A stretch of DNA of 64,000 nt, from NCBI GenBank assembly GCA_051294375.1, contig CM119268.1, forward strand, positions 13,899,037 to 13,963,036, given 5' to 3'. Shown piece after piece: positions 24,101 through 63,488 of this stretch (the stretch's first letter is position 1; each line of letters begins with the position of its first letter). The translations under genes and the position numbers were made by a program. The notes beneath the pieces are model-generated. The model had not been told where the DNA came from and made no database searches. It was given only the letters and a program-made list of their open reading frames with translations. The DNA comes from Paraspadella gotoi. Lineage: Eukaryota; Animalia; Chaetognatha.

Positions 24101-27100
24101 CGCTCTCTCTGAACTCCCTCTTCTTTGCTACTTCTGTGGTGTGAATTATTATAAATAAGTAATTAATAAACTTATACAAATACTAACAATACTATAACTT
24201 ACAATATTTAGAAAAAATACATCTAGATATACTTTAATCACTAACTACTCCTTCACTCTCCGATACATCGACCTTTTCCTTCTGCTAAAAATACGATACT
24301 CATCGTAATCATACTGGTCTCCATACATACAGAAAATCTACTCGCATACTTCTCTTCTCTTCATACTCTGCTCTCTACATCATCATTACGTGAAATTACA
24401 AAACCTCTCTTACTACTTACAACCATCGTTCAAAACACGGGTGCGCGTTTTTCCAACTTGGCGTAAGACCGAACATCGACACTCAGTGATATCTCTCACA
24501 TACCGATCACTTACAGATCTCGATTCCTACTGCAGACACCGGATCTTTTCTACGTAAGAAACGCTCGCGTATATTAATTCGTTTCTTTCAACGTGACCAG
24601 CCCGTGGCATGTACGAAGCATCTCTGGATTTCCAAGAGATCGAACCAATCTTGGTGCATTCTAGCACGAAAACACCTAGTACGCGGTGACCATAGCCCAG
24701 AATAGTGATCCCGATATCAAATAACCTGCGCACGGTGACCGTGCCTTTATTAACCTCTCCTGAACTCCATTGGTGTAACTACAGATGGTTATAAAAAAGT
24801 ATTGCATTGTGAAAAATTTCCGTCTCTAAACACTGACCGGAAACGATATTTTCAATATCACGAAAACGAGAACATATACAACGATTCAAAGATAAGTGAT
24901 CTGCACGCAGTAACAGGCTTCACTCGGAGGAGCGCGATTAGACGTTTAAAAGCGTATAGTCCGGCGCATTGCTCTCTACGGATTCGTGGAGGACTTTATT
25001 AAATATTCCTATTTTGATCTCAAAACAAACAAATTTTCCTCTCTTTTATTATTTTACTTGTCTCTTCTCGTCTCGTCTTTCTCTGTCATTCATGTAGAGT
25101 ATGAGCACTAATATCTGTCACTCCTCAATACGCACGTGAACAGGGAATTGTGTTAAATACACCACGAACAACGGCGTCCTTGTGTCTCCTGTCCAAAGAT
25201 ATGGAAAACTGTTAAGACGCCGAATCAAACAGGAAACACGATTGTTTATCGCGAATGGTCAATATAAAGATAAACAGGAACTCTTGGAAAAAAACTCGAA
25301 CAAGCGGCAAACGTTTTTTTGCCAACGGGTAAAAGAGCGACCGCCTTGATTAAAAAGAACAGCCGAATAAACGTGACTTTCTCGATCGTGAAGAAAAATA
25401 ATAAAAACTCTAAATACACCGGAGCAGACACATTCCAAAAAGAAAGGATATTCTCGCTGGTTGTCCGGAGCAGCGGCGTCGTCGATCGAAAAGGGCGATA
25501 ACAACTTTAAAACAACAAGGACGTACAAAACGCTCCTTTGTTCCATGTAAAAGAGATAAAAAACTTTTTTAAAACACAAGGAAACGCATCAGTTTCTGTA
25601 CACGCGAGGAAAGGAACAGAAATGTAAAAACACGCGGGTTAAATAGTCTTCTCTGTGCAAAGTAATCCAACCGTGCGCGATCGAGAGTCGCCGCCGGTTG
25701 GCTGTAGAAAAGTTAGGTTAGAGGCTGAGAGGGCTTTGGGAGATCAGTTATTAAATATCTTTATCTAAAGAAAAGCACAAGATTTTCGCCTCTCTTGTTT
25801 TTTTATTTTTCTCCGATGGATCGTGACCTCGTCTTCGCTCTCTCACTTTTTGCTCTTGTACGATCGTGGTTAGCTTTCTCTCCACTCTCGAATAGATATA
25901 ACAGATCTGGTTAAATACACCAGAGAAAGGATCTTTTTTGCTCTGTGAAAAAGTATTTATAGAATAGACCGTGTTATAAGAATTAGAACAGAACCTCTCT
26001 CTCTTGCTGCTCAAGTGTAGAAAGGACAGCAAATATAGAAACTTTCATAAGACAATAGTGACTCTCGCGCGGCAAACGATTTTCAGAGATGTTAAAAAGA
26101 GGTTTAGAGAAAACAGGTAACCGTCACTATTAAGACAAAGCGACTTTATCATAAGAGTAATAGAACTGATTAATGCATCGTGTAACACTTTATTTAGACC
26201 CGGCAGACTGATCATTTCCGCACCACATTGTGTCACGTGTCACGCCGCATAACTCAACTTTACATAGAGTCAAACACGAGCAGTAAAAAACGGCTTCTCT
26301 CTCTCTCTCAATAAGTTGTCTCCAAAATAACAGCATGAATAACAAGATGTACATAAAACGACGCGCAGAGATCGCATTCTATTCTGACGAAAAGAAGAGA
26401 AAGAACCCAAAGGTATAGAGATACGTGTACCATATGACTCTGCAATGAATATCATCACTCTCGAGCGCTTTTTCCGTTGAAAAACTGTGGCCCGGTGTGA
26501 GAAGGTCTTCTCTCAGATGATAGTAGCTTGCATTATTGATACGCAGATAAACAAGAACCAAGATATATCCTCCCTCGTCTTATATACACTTCTCGTGTCT
26601 GCTCTTCTCTCTCTCTTTCTCTCTGCTCAGTATTGCTGAATGTAGCTTTCTCCTCGACGTGCGAACTCAATAGTTAAGAAGAGAGCTGAGTCTCTAAGGA
26701 CGCTTGAGATACCATACGAGAAGCCGCATACTGACTATACGAGCTCTTGATTCCATATCATGTGTGAAGCAGAGAATCGCATTGTGAATAGACTTTAACA
26801 TCGAGGTTAGCGAATACACAGTAACGAAACGAGTCCGTTATTGTTTTCGTGATGTGTAGAAGGAAGGTTAACAGTATCGCTTTAGCGAAAAAGAATCGGC
26901 GGGAAGGACTATACGATCCACTCGAAGTTTACGATGTTCTGTCAAGAAGAAGAGTTAAGAACTTTAGAATGGGCGAAGCTATCGCCTGGCGTAGTTCGCG
27001 AGTGGGCAGAGTGATTTGATTGCCGCTTGGCACTTGCTATATGCTCTTTTTTTTAGAGATATATATATATTTTACCTTATATTATTATTTGGTATTTAGT

Positions 27101-27739
27101 CTGAGTTTATTGTAGTAACTTGATATAATATGTCTATTATTCCCGCTCTCGATGATTATCTATCTTAATAATTCTAGCCACCGATGCGATTATAGTCAGA
27201 TAGAAACTGCGGTCGCTAGATTCATGTAATCAATAGTCTTTGTCGCGTGTCAGTTGATAGTCGATTCAGTCTGACTCGATCGATGCTAGTTGAATGTTTC
27301 CGATCTCGCATCAGCATGCATACGTCATCTTCCTCTCTGATGCGCATTCTTCGACAGATAATTGGCTCTCAATGTATACCTCGCGATGAAGTGATTCATA
27401 CGGCGTATAATATAAAACAGCATTGAGCACAAGTCGGTGTATCTGCACGTGAAAGAGTTTGGGCGGGAGGCGGCAGAGACGAGAGCGACGAAGAGGGACG
27501 AGAGAGACGGCGATGTGACAGTTTCCCGCCAACGAAAGCGAGATTACTTAGGTCTCTCTCGGTTTATATATTAGATAGCAAGTAAGCTTCAGTCGAGTTT
27601 GTCAGCTCGCGAAGGACAACATCACGAGTAATCGCCTCGATGTAACGATGTGATAGAGAGGTGTTGTATTGAAAAATAAGCGCGGAGTAAAAGGCGCTCA
27701 ATTTAAAAGCTTTTCAGAGATAGCGTTAAGCAGAAGATA

Positions 27740-29198
27740 ACTAGACCCTCCAGAGAGAGATGACGTTCTGATGTAGCTAATCGGCGTCTGGCGTCGAGCG
27801 CCGGGATCTCGCGACGTTCGAGAGGGACCTATCAGGCTCGTGACTCGCGACTTCGGTACCATTCTGCGTCAGGCGCAGACGTGCGTTTCCGAGTCCTGCA
27901 GCCGGCGCGAGCTACGGTCGGAGCGAACGCATGGGAAGAGATTCTAGAAATGGCGCGGGGAATTCAGCGACAGGTCGGGAAGTGTCTTCGGTCGTTGGAT
28001 TGGTGGGCGTCGTCGTCGTCGTCGTTCGCTCGTTGAGTCGGGTCGTCGTCGATGAGCCTTATCACTTGGAACGATGTTCGAAGGTGACGGAGAGCGGAAA
28101 AGGCTCGCAACGGTACGGTCGACATGTGATTTAGGACCAGTCACCGTGGACCGGTGACTTTGAGCAGCGTTGGACCGCCATGCCCAGAAGCTGTGCCGGA
28201 CAGTTGTTGAAGCGTATTGAAAAGACTCTCGGAGCCAACTCGACAGAGTGCGGTGGTCGACGGACGATATCGTTATAGGCGATTCGAAGAGCATATCCAG
28301 TCGGTGACTCAAATGTGAGAGCGCAACAATGAGAAGATATTGAACGGCCTGATATACTGGCATTGGCGAAGTGGCCGAGTAAGACCAGATCGGAAGTCGA
28401 TGCCTGTCTCCAGATGCGGACGACGCCCGTTTCGCCGCCGATGTAGAATTTTTTCCGTGCCTGCGCCCTTGAAGTTCGACGTTGGCAAATTGATCACGCC
28501 CCTTCCGCCTCGCTCACGAGGCGACGCTCCTCAACGGACCTCGCCGTCGAGTTTACCAAGATCCGGTTTGAAACGCTCCTCTTCGGTTTCCGGCTTGGTT
28601 GGGCGTGGCGTCGTTGGAATCGTGTGACGGGAAAAATTCGATGTCCCGTCTTCGAACCGTTTGGTGATTCGGCAGTCTCATCTCGTCGGTGTGTTGTGGT
28701 GGTTGCTTGTTCGTCGTGATTCGGGGGGAGGACTTAATATTCTTTTGCGTTCAAATTGGGCTGCCGGCTGTTCGTCGCTGCCGATGCGACGCGATTCCGG
28801 CGTCGATCGGACGAAACCTTTTTCCCGCGAACTGGGGATGCTTGCTTGCCAAGTAAACGCCGCTGCAGCTGCTTTTCCGCTCAATCTTCTCGCTCTTCAC
28901 CGATTCGACAGCGACGGATTCGATCACGTGACTCCGTGGTCGCGGCGTCCACTTCCTCAGACGACCAGGAGGACGCCGATAAAGACGCCAACGAGGACGC
29001 CTCGTCCTCGTTCGTCTCGTCGCAGCAGCTGGGACGTCGAGTTCGATCCAGCGCACTGAATTCGACCTCTCGGGTCGCAGTCTCTCTCAGCGATTTTGAC
29101 AGAGACGCCGATTCCATCCACGAGGATTTCCTGTGTTGAAGAAAAATTGTTTTTTTAATTCTTTGTTCTTTTCTTTTCTTTAAAAAGCAAACCCCCGC

Positions 29199-29276
<78 letters not shown>

Positions 29277-32200
29277 GTCATTCAATTACCTGCAAAGACG
29301 AAGAATCGTCACGAGCCTTTCCTGTCCAAAATCCAATCTCTTCAACACTCAGCGAGCTCGACCGAGCCAAAGGCGCGAGCACTGGCCTTCACTCCACGAG
29401 CGGTCCGTCGACGAACCGCGGCGATCCGCCCGAAATTTGACGGAGAGTTCTGTTGTTGTCGTTGTTGTTGTCGTTGTCGCTCAAGCGAATTCCCTCGTCC
29501 AAAAGTGGCGACGATCCCCGTCTCAACGTCGACGCCTCCTCGCGCTCGCCGCTGTCTAAATTCGGCCTCAAATTAGAGAGACTATCCACCGTTGCGTCGA
29601 ACTTCGCGAGAATCTCGAACGGCTTCGCTCGCCGAGGGAACAAGCGTGGACTTGCGCGTTTAGGAATTCGTGAGCGGAGCGGGGCCGTAAGACCGCCAAA
29701 GCCGCCGCCAACGTCGCGCGTGCCGAATCCGTCCTGCCAGGATATAAGAGACGACGTCCGAGCGGCGATGCGTGGAGGAGTGGCTGAGCGGGTTTCGACA
29801 ATCGTCTTTCTGCTACGACCGCGGCGAGCGGATACGGGGACGCGGCGGCTGAAGGGGCTGCCGCGACGGCGGAAACATGCGGCTACTAGTATGTGCTGTC
29901 AGAATTCGGCGGAGTTCGTTCGCGCGGGGATCGAGGCCATTCTGCTGATCGACCGTCAATGTTGAACGACTTCCTCCGAAAAGTGTTAATCGCAGGTTCC
30001 ATGGATCGACGCCGCTGCGTTCCGATTCCCGAGACGGCTGCTTTATGGCTCTCTTCTGTCTGTCTGTTTACTCGTTTTTGTCATTTTTGTAATCGCTGTT
30101 TTTTAGGAGACATACGGAGAACGCCGCGAAACAATGCCTAATGAAGGCTCGTAATAAGATTAGGTGGAGACGGGAGGAAAGTGAAGCGAATAGGAGAGAC
30201 AGGGAGAACGAAGGATCGTGTAATAGGCTGTTCGAGAAGTGTGTATAACAGAACGGAAATAGAGAAGGTATATGTGAATGTTATGGATTGAAACTGATAA
30301 GTGGCAAAGGGAATGTTGAGTTGAGAATGTTGTTAGGGAGAATTGGAATTTGAGAGTGTGAGCGGGGAAGTGAAATTGTGGGAAGGCAACTGTTGTGAAT
30401 TGAGGAAACGTGTGCGATATGAGAATGTTGATTGTAGAATTTGTGCAAAGAATGTTTGAGATTGAGAATGTTTTGAGAAGGTGAATCTTGTTGAGAATGT
30501 TGTGGCGAATTGGATATGTATAGATAGAGACAGATAGGTGTTGGAGAATGGAATGTTGTATTGAGATGTTGGTTGGCAAATGGAATGTTGGATTGAGAAA
30601 GCTTGCTGTGGAATGAATGTTGACTGCAGAATGTTAGTTGGAGAATGAGATGATGGATGTAATGAGTGACAAAGGGCATCCTCCAGTAACGTTGAGTAAT
30701 TAATGCTTTATCGGGGTGGTGTGGAAAATGTAGACAAAAGGGTATCGACGTAACTAGCGTACAGCACCTAGTAATAAACTGGCTCATAAAAAGCTATGGA
30801 CAGTGAGTAATATATTGTTAAAGCGAACTTTTATTGAGAAAGGCTTTTTATTCCAGGAGAGTTCGTCCGCTGCCCCCCCCTCAACGCCCCCCCAAACCGC
30901 ATACTTGTAACAGTTGAGGCTGAACGCTTCCGGTGGACGGCGGCGTCGTCGTTCCGTCCCGGTATCGCGATTTGCATTTTCAGTGAAAATCGGACTTGAG
31001 ACTGTAGGATGGAACGACGAAGTTGTTGTTGTCGTAGTTGTTTGTCCAGATCTTGCGACGTCATCGTCGTCACGCGAGAGATGTGGATTAATGGGGTGTG
31101 GGTGCGGGGTGGAGCAGAGAGGCGGACGAGGGGGGGAAAGGAGAAGAGGGGAGTTTGAGTTGGGTCGACGGGTTGGTCGGAACGAAATCAGTTTTTGTCA
31201 CGAAGATAATTTATCTAATATGTTTTTTCGAATTTTATTTTGTACTTAGGTTTACAAGGAAAATCAGAAATAAAGTAAAAAAAACCCTCGAGCGTTTGCT
31301 ACTTATTATTATAGAATAAATATCAAGAAGTAATCTTATCTCTTAATCGAATCGGCAGCTCGGTCGTCGTGTACGAGGATAGTTGTACCCGTCCTTCTCT
31401 CTCATCTCTCCTTCATAGAAAATTCAAAAGAGGAACTTTCCCGCGCAAGAATTTTTAAACGTGCCGAATAAAGTTGGAAGGTTCGTCGAAGCGATTTTCA
31501 TTAATATTTGATAAAAATGAAATTAAATAGATTTTGAGAGTGCGCGTTAGTTTATAAAGGTCTCGGGCGACTCGAACATCAGCTGGCAAGTAAAGTAGTG
31601 ATATGAACCGAAGGAGAGGCGTTAAAATCGGAAGTTTCCAATGTCGCACGCTAAGCGATAGCGGCCGCCTTTCACTTACAAATCGACCGCAATTGCCTTG
31701 TGTAAGACATTTACTCTTACTCTTTCTGATATGTTCATTAGTACTGTGTACTTCTACACCGACTATACTTTCATTATACAACTACTTTTCCGAACGGACG
31801 AGAGGATGCCTCCTATCGTCGACACATTAACGGCGTAAACAAGAGCAACGACGGATGTTGGGATATTAAAAAAACAAATGGCCGTCGAAATGACTCGATT
31901 TCGCAACGGAAGATGAAGAGAAACAAGATGGATGAAGATCGCGCTTCGCTTCGAATCGACCGAGGGCGAAAAGAGAAACCTGCACAGACGTTAACTGCGA
32001 AAAGGGAGAATCTAAAAAAATTAAGAGACTCAAAAATTTCAAAAATTGTGGGAATAAACCAACTTTTCTGGCCTTGACGATCTTTGTGCGTATTAATTCC
32101 GAACCTCGAACGAAGAGAATGAAACGTTGGGGCGATGCGAGACGAAATTCTTTCGTCTTCGAAAGAATATCGTGGTTACGACTTTCGTGTTCACGTGATT

Positions 32201-35200
32201 TCCTCCTGGTGATCACGTCACTGTCTTGTTTTAATCTTAGGCTGAAGAAGTTACATTCCAAATTATGGCCGAGTATCAACTATAACATTATGTTAGCAGG
32301 CATAATATCATTGTGAGATATTTACTAGACGTTAGTGGGAACCAACCAAAAACAGATACATCGACAGACAGACCAATAGATGGCATCGAAGAAGCGACGC
32401 CGCAAAAAGGACGCCGTTACATGTGTAAATGGTTTTAACGACTGTCTCGGGCGCTCGGGCACGATGACGGCCACGACACTCGACGTTAAAAACGTCTTAA
32501 CCAATTAAACTTTAAACGGGAAGCCGCTAAACTAGTGCCTAAAAAGTCTTACTCTGAATGAGTACTACTAGTAGTATTTCTGAGAAGAAAGCTAACTTTA
32601 ACTGGGAGACGGACGATTGAAAATAAAAAGGTTCGCTTTGACTTCAACGCGACTCGACGGTTGTGAAAATAAGCGAAACAAAAAGGGAAACGCGAAACGA
32701 GTTGAAAAGACAAAAGGGAAAACGCCTCTAGTAAACGGAGTAAACGGAAAAACAAAAAAACTAAAAAGACGAAAGAAAGGGACGATAAAAAACGGAGAAA
32801 GAACTATAAAAGGGAAAGAATACAAAAAAGTTTATTTTGAGGAAAAAAAAAAAAAGAAAATAGAAACCAAAAAAAAGAAAGAATGAATAAAGGAATGAAA
32901 ATAATGGATTGAGGAAAAATATAAATAATGATATGAAATGATAAGATCAAGACAAGAAAGAAAAATAAGAAAGAAAGGCAGAAAGAAAGAAAGAAAGAGA
33001 ATAAGAAAGAAAGAAAGAAAGAGAGAGAAAGAGAAGAAAGAAAGAAAGAAAGAAAGAAAGGAAAAAAGAAAGATAAGAAAGAGAAGTAACTACATGTTGT
33101 ACAAAATAAATGAAAAAGGCAAGTATGAGAATCAAGTATCAAGATAAAACAAAACAAGAATAAAAAAAAGATAAAAGCAAAAAGGGTTCAGACTACGTGG
33201 GAGGAGAACAGGAAAGCGCACTTTAATCGATTCCGTAGACTTACGACATCGCGGGGGATATTTCTTTGCACAAGACAGGGAAAATTCAATGGAATTCTCT
33301 GGGGGGATATAGGTTTACTGAAAACTCAATTTGTATCATAAAAGAAACTACAACGTATTGCTGGTACGATTATTATCAAAATCCATCTATTTAAAAGCCA
33401 GAATATATAGTCGAACGCACTGTTCGTTCAGGTTTTTAACACGTTTGCCAAGCAACGCAGCTGCGAAAATAGTGTCATACTGAATCGTTGACCCTGTCGA
33501 CAGCGTATAATAGACCAGTGCAATGCAGCAGCGAACTAGCGAGAGCTCTTCCTCGCTTGAGTCACAGCGGCGCGGCTTCAATTTCCGGTCGATCCTACGA
33601 GAGGCAGAGAAGACTTCGGAACGTAACTAAACAAACTCTCGATGCCATTTACATTTATTTACGTGAAGGTGAGGATCGCATCGGACGGATGACAGACTGA
33701 CGGGAAAAGAGATCCTTCAAAAAATCCCGCTCACGGAACAAAGGGACGCACCGGGGCGTGTAAAAAATCGGGACCACCTAAAACGTCACCGGGGCAAAAC
33801 ATGCAAGTAAAAATGTGGGTTTCCAAAGGTGCGCAGCTGAACTGGGATCAATCGTGGAACCAAGAAAGTCCGCTTCGACATCCGTCGTTTTAAAAAACGA
33901 ATAACAACAGACTACGAACAAAAGAAGCGTGTTTAGTAATAAACAGAAATTACGACTAAGTACGCAATCGCTTAAGCTCTCAAGAGCAATCGCCAATACT
34001 TACCCTTCCACCTCCAACGGCTGGAGATTATGCGCAAGTGAGAGTGGGGAATGCCCTGCTTGCGCCCCGCCCGTCTCCGCCCGCTCGATCCTGATCGGCT
34101 GTTGCATTCTCTCTCGCCGACGATGTGAACGGGAAAAGATGAATTCGTGTACTCGCTGAAGAGCTTTTGTGCTTCACTTGGATATTGTGATAATGTAGGC
34201 TCGTCTTGTTATCCTCGATGGGACCCTGTGAGAAGAAAGGACGTAGGGGGTGCGGTGGAGGGGGGCCGGTGAGAACGAGGAAGATGGGGGGGAAAGGGAG
34301 GATCGCGGTAACAGATGGCGTTCTATTTTTTGCGGTCAACGTTGTCAATTTGCTCTCTGGTGAAATTTCTTTGTTTCTTGTATGTTTTTGTTTATTATTT
34401 CACGCGTCATTTCCTCGTCAGTGCGGCGCTTTAATCGAATTGCTCTTTCTGTTTCTACAAGCGTCCTCTCATAGTTATTACCTTCTTTTTTCTAAATAGT
34501 TCCGCACTCTCCATTCAGATTTCAAACGGTTTCTCGAATAAGGGATTGTTTGATACTCAATGGTTCGGTATGTCGATCACCAGAAACGTTATTTGGCGAT
34601 TTCGATCGGCGGCGTTGGTTGTCTTCATCGTAAACAAATGAAAATTAAAAAAGATGTTCTTTTTTTTTCATCATTTTTTATTTCTCCCCTCTTCGTTCGC
34701 TTATTCCATTTCACAGTCTCAAAACGTCGCCCTTTTGTTCGACTATTGGGGTTTTGGTTTATTTTGTTTAATTTTATCCTATTTATATTATAATTATACT
34801 CTAACTCTATTATTGCCTCAAAATTTTATTTCTAACGATCATCCTGCTTTAATCTTTTTTTTAATTTTGTTTCCTTACTTTCTTTTTCAGATTTTTTTAT
34901 TTCAATTTAAAAAAGGCTAATGTTTAAGAATAGATCGTTTCCAAAAATACATTTGGCGGTACGATCGGTATGGAATCTTATATCATTCTTCTTTATCTCT
35001 TTACTCGATATTTCCTCCTCATCTCTCCTTTCCTTTATTTATGACTTTATTATTTCATCCTTATCCTTTTCTTTTTCTTTTACTTATAAGCATAAATCCA
35101 CAGTCGTCCTCGCTCTTCCCTTCGCCGTCATCTCGCTCTCTCTCCATTTGTTTTCCGGCCCAACTCCGACTGTACAGGGTGGAACGAGCGGCAAAAAAAT

Positions 35201-35689
35201 AAAGGTTTTTTTTATTTTATTTGAATATGCCTCTGTTAGATTTTAGATGATAAAAATTTAATGTATAAATTAGTTAAAAACTATAAAAACTGTAAGCATA
35301 TCTTAATGAAATTTTAAACCACATAAGTTATGTACAATATTGGATTTTGAAAGCTGTAGATAAATCATTGAATAATTATTGATAAAAATTAAAAACTTGA
35401 TGAGGTTAGAAGGTTTAACCTGTCGCTATTATTTCGATTCAAAGGTAAATTAACGGTCGGGTGTGAACAAGGCAGGTTTCTGTTAAAAATGAAAATTTGA
35501 AATAATGACGTGTAAATTAGCCTTAGTTCCTCGGAATGAGAGAGCTCTAGTAATATATATAGGTTTTTAAGTCAACAAAAATATTTCTCGAAGAGAAGCT
35601 TAACCCGAATTCAATTCGCTAGAAGTTACAAGATACGGAATCCCGCAGAAACCACCCGATAACGTCCCTCTCCCATTCGTTCCTGTCGT

Positions 35690-35690
<1 letters not shown>
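27740..35690 (-). pseudogene. TMEM151: indel-riddled second copy of TMEM151 3' exons and introns (equivalent to about 40620-47990); probably an uncorrected read or alternate haplotype, not a true pseudogene
   Basis: Collinear with 40620-47990 through exons, introns, the minisatellite and the GAAA tract. Differences are mostly single-base indels. Confidence 0.7.
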
Positions 35691-38130
<2,440 letters not shown>

Positions 38131-39127
38131 AAGGAGAAAGAAGAGAAGGAGAAGGAGAAGGAAGGAGAAGGAGAAGGAGAAGGAAGGAGAAGGAGGGAGA
38201 GGAAGGAGAAAGAAGGAGAAGGAGAAGGAAGGAGAAGGAGGAAGGAAGGAGAAGGAGAAGGAGAAGGAAGGAGAAGGAGAAGGAAGGAGAAGGAAGGAGA
38301 AGGAGGGAGAAGGAAGGAGAAAGAAGGAGAAGGAAGAAGAAGGAAGGAGAAGGAGAAAGGAGAAGGAAGAGAAGGAGAAGGAAGGAGAAGGAGAAGGAGA
38401 AGGAAGGAGAAGGAGAAGGAGAAGGAAGGAGAAGGAGAAGGAGAAGGAAGGAGAAGGAGGGAGAAGGAAGGAGAAAGAAGGAGAAGGAGAAGGAGAAGGA
38501 AAGGAAGGAGAAGGAAGGAGAAGGAAGGAGAAGGAAGAGAAGGAAGTAGAAGGAGAAGGAAGGAGAAGGAAGGGAAGGAAGGAGAAGGAAGAAGAAGGAA
38601 GTAGAAGGAGAAGGAAGGAGAAGGAAGGAGAATGCCGAGTCGTAAAATGACTTTTATAACCAAAACTTTTTCTCCGCTTAGTTTTTTTCGGTTCAGGTGT
38701 CAATCCTCTAGAAATATTTTAACGGGAACAATTTTTTTTCCACCGAAGCTTGAGAGAGTGTATTTGGACCGTGGCGCATCTGCGCCATATATGCGCCACT
38801 TCTGCGTCACTTTAGCGCCTCATCTGCTTGGCTGGAGTTATCGATGTCAAAATATTGCACACTTAAAAAAGGCGTTGTTGCCTAGTAATTTTTTTTTTAA
38901 TACGTAGTCGTTTGTTGTCTTGTTTGTTATGGCACTCCAATGGCGTGAGGTTTCTACCAAAAACGCTGTCTACTTTCTTTGTTTCTTTTTTTGGCCAAAG
39001 TCGTGAAGGAGTCGCAGAACAATCGATCGTCACTACATGACTTGTCTCTTGCTCGGCGATCGTGTTTCGCCGAAATCATTCGGATCCTGGTTGACGGGTT
39101 CTCGTCATCTGTCTGCGTTGACTTCGT

Positions 39128-39158
<31 letters not shown>

Positions 39159-39351
39159 CGTCTTAGTCATCGTCGTTGTCGTCGTCATCACAGTCATGAG
39201 TGTTTTTTCCAGTCAAGAAGTCCATCGGAAGAGACGCCGATCGTCTTTGGACAAACGCGGGCCCGCCTCCTGAATAGTGAGTAGTCCTCGTTGGAATAAA
39301 TGCTCCAAATTTCTCTCTTTTTTTTTNNNNNNNNNNNNNNNNNNNNNNNNN

Positions 39352-61931
<22,580 letters not shown>

Positions 61932-62001
61932 CTGTAGGGGAAGGAAGGGGTCGGGTTATAGTGGAGCGGGTGAATGGATTGTGTCGAACGGGATGAGTTA
62001 T

Positions 62002-62049
62002 CATTGGGCATTGGGCATTGGGCATTGGGCATTTGGCATTGGGCAATGG
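62002..62049. repeat. 7-bp tandem repeat (cattggg) x about 7
   Basis: Directly visible. Confidence 0.9.
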
Positions 62050-62343
62050 ATTTTAGTAAAAGTTTTTTAAACAATTAATTGAAAACAAAAAGTAAGGAAA
62101 CGAACGAAAAGGAAGGAAAGGAAGAAAGGAAAAGGAGTTTGCCGAAAGAAAAGGTCGTAAACGTCGAGAGAAAAGGTGAAACGCAAAAGAGATTTTTGAG
62201 GCTCACAACTTTGAAAAACCTCTAAAACGGTTTTTCACCTAAATCGCCGTTTGACGAGCTCAGACCTAAACCTCGCTATTGTTTGTGAGAAAAATACTGG
62301 AAAAAAAATACTGAAAAATAAAAAATAATTCCTTTTTCTTTCT

Positions 62344-62374
<31 letters not shown>

Positions 62375-63075
62375 TCTCTCTGTTCGTCATTCATTCTCTC
62401 GTTCTCTCTCTCCTCTCTACCGTCGCTCTCATATTGTCCTGACCCCACGCTTCTTCCCCATCTCTCTTCTCTCTCATCGTTCCTCTCTCTCTCCCTCTCT
62501 CTCTTACTCTCTCTTATAATCTTCCTTTTTATTTTTTTTTTTGAAGGAATAACGCGCGCGATTCTTTCCAATCATGTTCTCGAAAAACCTCATCCGAAGA
62601 GACACTCTCGAAAAATGGAATTTTTTTTTTATTTTCGAGATATTTTTTTCTTTTCCTCAACATGAAATGGTGTCTGTTCAAGATGGCGACGAAGCTTTTC
62701 CCTTTTCAGTAAATAATATAAAATACTATATTTTTTAAGGACACGAAATTCCATTTTCTTTCTGAGGCAAAAACTAATTTTTAAAAGTTTTTGTATGAAA
62801 AAATAAAAAAATGTGGCATTTGTGGTTGAACCGGATATGAAAACCGGTATTTGATCAAAGTCGATATATATTTTCCAAGTTTGCAATAACAGCCATTTTC
62901 ATTTTATGAGTTTTTTTTCTCTTTAATTTGGCAAACATATTGGAAAAGCTTGTGTATGTGAATCGAAGAAAAATTGGTTTTTCAGTTTCTCTCGCCCGTC
63001 ATTTCCTTTCTTCTCTCTTTCTTCTTCATCTCCCCCTCCCCTTCCGTTTTTCTCCCGCGGGACCGATCCCGATTC

Positions 63076-63134
<59 letters not shown>

Positions 63135-63424
63135 GTTTCCCTTTCTTCTCTTCGCTTCAAGTCTCAACGTCTAGTTTTGTAACTCTTACTCCTTGTTACA
63201 AAGTTACTGGACGTCGCGAAGTTTTTATCTAAATTTCAAAATATCACGCGAATGAGAGAATGGAGGAAGGGGGGAAGGAAGGGAGAAAGGAAAAGAGAAT
63301 AAAGGAGGAAGTAAAAGGAGAAAAGAAAAGATAAAAGGAGTAAGAGAAAGAAGCAAAAGAAAAAAGAAAAACGTTTCTTTGGGTTTCTCTCCCGAGGGAT
63401 TTACTAGGCGGCGTCGTCTCTAGC

Positions 63425-63488
<64 letters not shown>

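Noticed and set aside
39150-39310. ORF-like segment (…LLTIQEAGPAFVQRRSASLPMDFL…) as the TMEM151 last exon
   Set aside because: It belongs to the inverted segment and lies downstream of the ETSL exon in the reconstructed order. Its frames disagree between the two copies.
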